This document shows, in pieces, positions 58,510 through 64,000 of a DNA stretch of 64,000 bases. Numbering within the stretch: the first letter of the stretch is position 1; each line of letters begins with the position of its first letter. The notes beneath the pieces are model-generated. The model was not told the origin of the DNA. It saw only the letters and a list, made by a program, of their open reading frames with translations, and made no database searches. Source of the stretch: Candidatus Omnitrophota bacterium (GTDB lineage: Bacteria > Omnitrophota > Gorgyraeia > Zapsychrales > JANLHA01); NCBI GenBank assembly GCA_029560465.1, contig JAKQKX010000045.1:88260-152259 (forward strand), in the 5' to 3' direction. A program made the position numbers and the translations under genes.

Positions 58510-60282
58510 CTATTCCTTATCCTGGGAGCCGGCAACCAGGAGATCCAGCAGCGCCTGCGCTGCCAGCAACGGCCCCTTCTTTTCCCAGCCGTTCAATCCC
58601 AGCCGCGTCCGGATCTGCCCCACAAAAATCCGCTTCTCAAAAAAAGCCTGAAACGCTTTCTCGGCGATCGAGTCGTGCAACTGGCGGTACTGGGGCGGGC
58701 CGAATATATTGGCAAAATAGGAGTGGACGATCCCGGTAGAACTCGTCGTGCCCTTGCTCATCACCGTCCCTTCTTTAAAAATTGCCAAAGCTTTATCAAC
58801 CGCCGGCAACCGTTCGATCAAAGGATGGTCTTCATCAATGTCCTCATAATTATTGGCGTAAAAAATATAATCAATTTTTTCCCCACGCACCACGCAGTCA
58901 TACGTCGTGACCGGAAGAATAATTCTGGCGTTGACCATATTGGGGCTCATAATGATCGCCCGGTCGATCTGCCCCAAAGCATAGCCGGGCTTCAGGTCAT
59001 CCAGACGCAGGAAGGCCCCCGTTTCCGTGCCATACCCGATCACCTCCCCTTTTTCATCAACGCTGATCGAGCCCATATCATCGGCGATAATAATCAAATC
59101 CTGTATCGCCTCCTCCCCAATCTCGCGCAAAGCCTCCAGGGTCTCGGATTTCCCCGCGCCGGTGTCCCCCATAAACAAAAGCGTGACGTCTTTCCCCCCC
59201 TTTAAAATAAGGCGCACCAAGGCGCCATGAAAAGGAAACCGGCCTTGTTTCATCATGATAATATTGTGAAGAGTCAAAACCATCTTCTTCACATAACCGA
59301 AATACCCGAATTCATCCCGTCCGGGAACCGCCGCCACGAGCAGATTGTTTTTAGAATCTTCATAAAACACCGTTGGGAACACCCCGAACTGGTCCAAAAC
59401 ATCCCCGGGGACGCCGAACAAAAACACCGCATCCGGACGGCGCTCCAGGTCAACATCATCCGCCAGTTCAAAAAGGTTACACAGCGAATGCCCCAGCTCA
59501 AAAAACCTGTTATGGAAATAAATCAAGATCACAAGAGGGCCGACTTTCGCCGGATAACAAAGCCAGTCACCGCTTAAAATGTCAATATATTCCAGCGGAT
59601 TCGAAGCGATTTTCTCAAACTTGCCGGTTCTTTTATTCATCGGCGGGTTAAGAATCAAAGGGGGAAACAGCAAAATCTGCCGGATTTGAGCAACTTTATT
59701 CAATTTTTTATAAAGCGGGTCGGAGAAAGGGATTTCTTTCTGCACCGCGATGGTTGATATTTCCGCGCCGGCGGCGACTTGCCGGTAAATCCGGGGATGC
59801 TGACCGTTGATATTTTCCTGAATGTCCCGGTACGTGCCCCGGATAAGCTCGGTCAACTGCCCAATGGTCGAATTGAAAGTCCGGTACGGCCTTTGATCCA
59901 GATCCTTCCCAGTGGAATCAGAAATAAGAAAGCGGTCATAACTGCGCCAGTAATTGTAAAGGTATTCCGTGAACTCGTGAAACAGCTCCGGGTCCTTCAG
60001 TAACCCCTGGGCGCCAGGGACAACATTGGGGACCAGCTTCGCTGGCATCTTAGTCAGGAAACCGAGGGTCTTCACAAAAACCGCCAAATCCTCTTCTTGG
60101 ATGGCGGGTTTACCAAACACGCCCATCAAGAAAGAGTTCCGTTTTTCCAACTGACGGATTCCCCGGCGAAGGACCTCTTTAAAAAGGGCGCTGTCCATCA
60201 ATTCATCGGCTGTTTCACAAATCCTGTCATGCAATTGGATTATAATTTTCTTTTCAAGTATTTTATATGAACCCGTATCCAT
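58510..60282 (-). CDS. PEP carboxykinase-like P-loop protein
   Basis: YFGYVKKMVLTLHN, PFHGA, Walker A GDTGAGKSE, IADDMG, GTETGAFLRLDD. Confidence 0.7.
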   Translation of the reverse strand: MDTGSYKILEKKIIIQLHDRICETADELMDSALFKEVLRRGIRQLEKRNSFLMGVFGKPAIQEEDLAVFVKTLGFLTKMPAKLVPNVVPGAQGLLKDPELFHEFTEYLYNYWRSYDRFLISDSTGKDLDQRPYRTFNSTIGQLTELIRGTYRDIQENINGQHPRIYRQVAAGAEISTIAVQKEIPFSDPLYKKLNKVAQIRQILLFPPLILNPPMNKRTGKFEKIASNPLEYIDILSGDWLCYPAKVGPLVILIYFHNRFFELGHSLCNLFELADDVDLERRPDAVFLFGVPGDVLDQFGVFPTVFYEDSKNNLLVAAVPGRDEFGYFGYVKKMVLTLHNIIMMKQGRFPFHGALVRLILKGGKDVTLLFMGDTGAGKSETLEALREIGEEAIQDLIIIADDMGSISVDEKGEVIGYGTETGAFLRLDDLKPGYALGQIDRAIIMSPNMVNARIILPVTTYDCVVRGEKIDYIFYANNYEDIDEDHPLIERLPAVDKALAIFKEGTVMSKGTTSSTGIVHSYFANIFGPPQYRQLHDSIAEKAFQAFFEKRIFVGQIRTRLGLNGWEKKGPLLAAQALLDLLVAGSQDKE

Positions 60283-60454
60283 GCGCTGCCTCCTGTAAGG
60301 AACCTATCCTCAATTAAAATCACCGGCCCATATTGTATTATTACTCAAAGGAAATGTCCAATAAAAACCATAGGATGCCTTCTTCCAACGTTCACATTAT
60401 CCGAGAGGAGAATGAACCGGCGGATAAAAACAGATATAAAGGGGAATATGTTTT

Positions 60455-61450
60455 TCAGGAAGACGGGCAGGCGATACCGTCCGGCGCATCATGACGGGCT
60501 AGTGATAACGGCCGCTTCACCAGGGCCGCAATCTCCTTCGCTTTTTCAAGGTCCACGCAAGCTTTATGATCATACAGGCGGTACAACCCTTTGTATGCGG
60601 AAGGGGAAAAATTAACCATCAACACATTGGCTCCGCCCTGTAACGCCCGGGCTTGGAGTTCATGACCGCCCAGCGTCGCCAAGGCGGTTGTCGCGGGGAT
60701 ATGCGCCGCCGGCACAAGAATTCTGGCCAGCGCAAGCACTTTTAAAACCAATTCAGGGCCGGGCATGGGATGGCCAGCCAAAGGCGTTTGCTGCTGAGGG
60801 ACAAAAGGGCCAACGGCGATCATCTCCGGCTGGAATTCCTTGAGGTATTCCAGGTCACGGGCGATATCGGCCACTGTTTGTCCCGGCAATCCGATGATGT
60901 TCCCGGTTCCGACCTGGTAACCGATCCGGCGAAGATCCTCAAGCAATTCCACCCGTTTCTTCAGGCTCTGCCCGGGATGAAGTTTTTCATATAACGAAGG
61001 ATTAGCGGTTTCAAATTTCAGCAAATAACGGTCAGCCCCATTGTCGAAAAAAGCCTGATAGTCCTCCGGCGGCCGCTCCCCCAAGGACAGGGTCAGCGCC
61101 GCTTCCGGCATTCTTTTCTTGATCGCCCGCAGAACCAGGCTGATGTCCTCGCGGGTAAAAGTCAGGTCATCCCCCGACTGAAAAATGACCGTGCGGACCC
61201 CCGCTTCCAGAATCCGCTGCGCGGCCGCAATCATTTCTGTCAGACTCATGCGGTAACGGTCCAGTTGAAGGTTATCGCGTCTGAGCCCGCAGTATTGACA
61301 ACGGCGGACGCAATGGCTGGAGAACTCGACAAGCCCCCGGATCACGACAGAATCCCCGCAGGCATTTTTTCGTTCGGCATCGGCGCGGCAAAAAAGTTCC
61401 TCCGGAGAATCTCCGGCCAATAAAGCGTTATAAATATCAAGTTTCGTCAT
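60455..61450 (-). CDS. hydE: [FeFe]-hydrogenase maturase HydE
   Basis: RGLVEFSSHCVRRCQYCG, QSG, TLSLGE, RYLLKFET, GPFVP..TP, IPATTA, GANVLM, YRLY. Confidence 0.9.
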   Translation of the reverse strand: MTKLDIYNALLAGDSPEELFCRADAERKNACGDSVVIRGLVEFSSHCVRRCQYCGLRRDNLQLDRYRMSLTEMIAAAQRILEAGVRTVIFQSGDDLTFTREDISLVLRAIKKRMPEAALTLSLGERPPEDYQAFFDNGADRYLLKFETANPSLYEKLHPGQSLKKRVELLEDLRRIGYQVGTGNIIGLPGQTVADIARDLEYLKEFQPEMIAVGPFVPQQQTPLAGHPMPGPELVLKVLALARILVPAAHIPATTALATLGGHELQARALQGGANVLMVNFSPSAYKGLYRLYDHKACVDLEKAKEIAALVKRPLSLARHDAPDGIACPSS

Positions 61451-61455
61451 AAGGT

Positions 61456-62952
61456 TTAAATATACAAATCCCGCTCGCCCCGCTCAATCCGTTCAAAATA
61501 GCTTTCAAATAACCGGGCATGCGGCAGCGCCTGCCGGCGCACCTGCTCAAGTTCCCGGGCCAACAAAGGGGCGGTCACCCGGCGGGTTTCCTCGCTGGCG
61601 AAATCATCCAGCCATTCTTTAAAGGTCAAGATGGCATTTAATTTACAAAATTTTCCTTCGGTTCCCTTCCTGAGCAATTCCATAATGCTTTTGCCGGTCC
61701 GGCCGCAACGGTACCCCGCCGTACAAAAAGACGTGATGTTCCCCATCTGCGCAAGGTCCCGGATAACCTCATCCAGGCTCCGGGTGTCCCCCAGGATAAA
61801 CTGCTGGCGGTCTTCGGTCTGGGAACGGATCCCTTCCCCGTAATCGCCCACCCCGATCTTAGAAGAGGCGTCCAATTGGGTCACGCCGCAAGACACGGCG
61901 GCCCGCCGAATGGGCGCGGGTTCCCGGGCCGTGACAATCATCCCCGTATACGGGATCGCCAACCGGAGAACGGTTATCAACTTAAGAAAATCCTTGTCAT
62001 CGACACGGTGCGGATTATTCTCACACGAGGGCGTATTCAGCGCCGGCTCCAGCCTGGGAAAAGAAACGGTATGCGGCCCGATTCCGAAACACCGCTCCAG
62101 TTCCAAGGCATGATAGACCAAAGCCATGACTTCGTATTTCCAGTCATAAAGGCCGAATAATACCCCGATGCCCACATCATCGATCCCCGCGTCAAAAGCC
62201 CGGTGCATGCTATAAAGCCGCCACAGGTAATGCCCTTTAATGGTGTCCTGAGGATGGACCCGTTCAAACGTCGGGCGGTGATACGTTTCCTGAAACACCT
62301 GATACGTGCCGAGCCCGACGTCTTTAATTTTCTTTAAATCCTCAACGGAAAACGACGGGGCGTTGACGTTGACCCGACGTATGCCGGCCTCTTTCCCTTG
62401 ACGCTGGATCCGCACATCATAGATGCCCCTGATGCTGTCCACGATATAATCCACATCGTTGGCAGGGTGTTCTCCGTAAACGACGACCAGGCGTTTATGC
62501 CCGATCTCGCCGGCCAGAACAGCTATCTCCTGGCGGATTTCCTCTTCACTCAAGACACGGCGCCGCGTGGAAAGGTTTGACGCCTTAAACCCGCAATAAA
62601 CACAGTTGTTCACGCAGTAATTGCCCATATAAAGAGGCGCAAACGTCACGATTCTGTTGTCGTAAACTTTCAATTTAACTTTTAAAGCGGTTTCACGCAT
62701 TTCTGCTAAAAGGCCGTCATCGTCAACCTGCAAAAGGACCGCTGTTTCTTCGGGTGTCAGATTCTGCACCGCCAAAGATTTCTGCAGAATCGCTTTAACC
62801 CGGCCTGCGTCCGGAGACCGGTGAGCCTCCAGATGACAGAGGATTTCCTGCCCCGGGATAAAATCCCGGCCGGTCTGCACATAAGGGCACCGGGCCTGTT
62901 CCTGGACACGATCCCGGACCCAATCCTGCTGGGTAAAATTTTTAGTCAGCAT
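61456..62952 (-). CDS. hydG: [FeFe]-hydrogenase maturase HydG (CX5CX19C type)
   Basis: FAPLYMGNYCVNNCVYCGF, GHKRL, FQETYH, GPHTVSFPR, SFCTAGYRC..KFC. Confidence 0.95.
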   Translation of the reverse strand: MLTKNFTQQDWVRDRVQEQARCPYVQTGRDFIPGQEILCHLEAHRSPDAGRVKAILQKSLAVQNLTPEETAVLLQVDDDGLLAEMRETALKVKLKVYDNRIVTFAPLYMGNYCVNNCVYCGFKASNLSTRRRVLSEEEIRQEIAVLAGEIGHKRLVVVYGEHPANDVDYIVDSIRGIYDVRIQRQGKEAGIRRVNVNAPSFSVEDLKKIKDVGLGTYQVFQETYHRPTFERVHPQDTIKGHYLWRLYSMHRAFDAGIDDVGIGVLFGLYDWKYEVMALVYHALELERCFGIGPHTVSFPRLEPALNTPSCENNPHRVDDKDFLKLITVLRLAIPYTGMIVTAREPAPIRRAAVSCGVTQLDASSKIGVGDYGEGIRSQTEDRQQFILGDTRSLDEVIRDLAQMGNITSFCTAGYRCGRTGKSIMELLRKGTEGKFCKLNAILTFKEWLDDFASEETRRVTAPLLARELEQVRRQALPHARLFESYFERIERGERDLYI

Positions 62953-64000
62953 GACAAACCTCGGCGGCTCGGCCCCGCACCCCGCCCTGATAAATGCTCA
63001 ACGCTTCCGGGAACGGCTGCAAGGCCCGTTCAACCACACCCTGTAATAAAGCAATGCAGAGCCCGTAATTGGTGACCGCCACGCCCGCGGCCTCGCCTTT
63101 CTGGATACGGTTGGACATCTCCTGGCGCGTCAGCATGCAGGCCCCGCAATGAATAATCACTTTAAAACTTGATAAATCCCGCGGAAAATCCCGCCCGGAC
63201 GACACCGTGACATCGAGCTCCCCTCCGACCCATTCGCTCAACCAGCGGGGAATTTTTTTCCGCCCGATATCGTCATCAATAGGATGATGGCTGCAGCTTT
63301 CCGCGATGAGGACTTTATCCCCGGGCCGCAGAGTCTTAACCGCCAGAAGGCCGCGCGTCAACGCGTTCAGGTCCCCTTTATACCGGGCGAACAAAACTGA
63401 AAACGTCGTGCAAAGGACATCGGCCGGCGTATCAGCGGCGACCTGGCCAACCACCGTGGAATCACAGACAACCAGATCAGGGTTCCGGCGAAGGTTGCCG
63501 AGCATATCCCGGTATTCGCTTTCCTTAACAACAAGGGAAGCGGCCTGGTGGTCCAGCGCGTCGCGGATCGTTTGAACCTGCAGAGTCTTGATGCGGCCTT
63601 TCGGGGCTTCCAAGTCAATGGGCGTCACCAGGACGACTAAACCTTTCTCGGGCATCAGGTCCCCGACCAGTTCCGGCAGCGCATGAGCCCCCTTCGGAAA
63701 GATATCCAGCAAAAGCTGTTTAAAAACCCGGCCGTAACGGTCCCGCCCCAAAGGGTCAATGCTGGAACAGGTCATCACCCAGGCCGTCTTCGCCAGCAAG
63801 GATTTAAGAAAAATATCCTCAGGGGTGGTCGCGTCAATCTTGTTAACAATCATCAAGACAGGCAAGTTCAACCGCGTGGCCTCGGTGACGATCTTATCTT
63901 CATAAGTTGTCCAAATATTCGGTTCCACGACAAGCAACACGATATCGGCGCGGTCCATCACCCGGGCTGTCTTCTGGATCCTTTTTTCCGCGAGGACGGA
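62942..64000 (-). CDS. hydF: [FeFe]-hydrogenase maturase GTPase HydF (5' end outside the window)
   Basis: Frame open to the window edge; NKID, PIDLEAPKGR, TTFSVLFAR.KG, ESCSHH..DDIGR, HCGACM. Confidence 0.94.
   Translation of the reverse strand, partial: SVLAEKRIQKTARVMDRADIVLLVVEPNIWTTYEDKIVTEATRLNLPVLMIVNKIDATTPEDIFLKSLLAKTAWVMTCSSIDPLGRDRYGRVFKQLLLDIFPKGAHALPELVGDLMPEKGLVVLVTPIDLEAPKGRIKTLQVQTIRDALDHQAASLVVKESEYRDMLGNLRRNPDLVVCDSTVVGQVAADTPADVLCTTFSVLFARYKGDLNALTRGLLAVKTLRPGDKVLIAESCSHHPIDDDIGRKKIPRWLSEWVGGELDVTVSSGRDFPRDLSSFKVIIHCGACMLTRQEMSNRIQKGEAAGVAVTNYGLCIALLQGVVERALQPFPEALSIYQGGVRGRAAEVCHAD

Noticed and set aside
61640-61730. HydG lacking the second Cys of CX2CX22C (CTAG)
   Set aside because: It matches the known alternative CX5CX19C auxiliary-cluster motif, so it is not a defect.

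Overview
Gene-dense bacterial chromosomal window, mostly minus-strand genes, from an anaerobic fermenter. The lineage is probably Candidatus Omnitrophota; this is inferred from my recollection of the N- and C-terminal domains of the 51.6-55.3 kb protein and was not confirmed by a search. It carries a PilB/GspE ATPase operon with a PilZ-bearing histidine kinase, many kinases and stand-alone receivers, and PFOR plus a DHODH-like flavoprotein. Also present are ADP-forming acetyl-CoA synthetase, a pyruvate kinase lacking its C domain, a GH57 enzyme, an Rrf2-metY-cysK-ahpD sulfur operon, ilvD, FprA, superoxide reductase, ferredoxin, rtcB-archease, a Ski2-like helicase, a PEPCK-like protein and hydF-hydG-hydE. 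No rRNA, tRNA, CRISPR array or transposase was seen. Two candidate undescribed systems stand out. (1) At 13.4-18.5 kb, an AmmeMemoRadiSam-type radical SAM enzyme lacks its usual N-terminal EA-x-(Y/F)-(Y/W) segment. It is flanked by two micro-proteins that each end in that segment: one membrane-anchored, and one a 56-aa Tat-like peptide missed by the ORF track. These are co-transcribed with an FMN/4Fe-4S membrane electron conduit. (2) At 51.6-55.3 kb, a secreted scaffold-plus-cargo protein carries a glucan-phosphorylase-like domain whose PLP lysine is replaced by Arg, bracketed by a repeated SS(A/P)LTGQQ motif.
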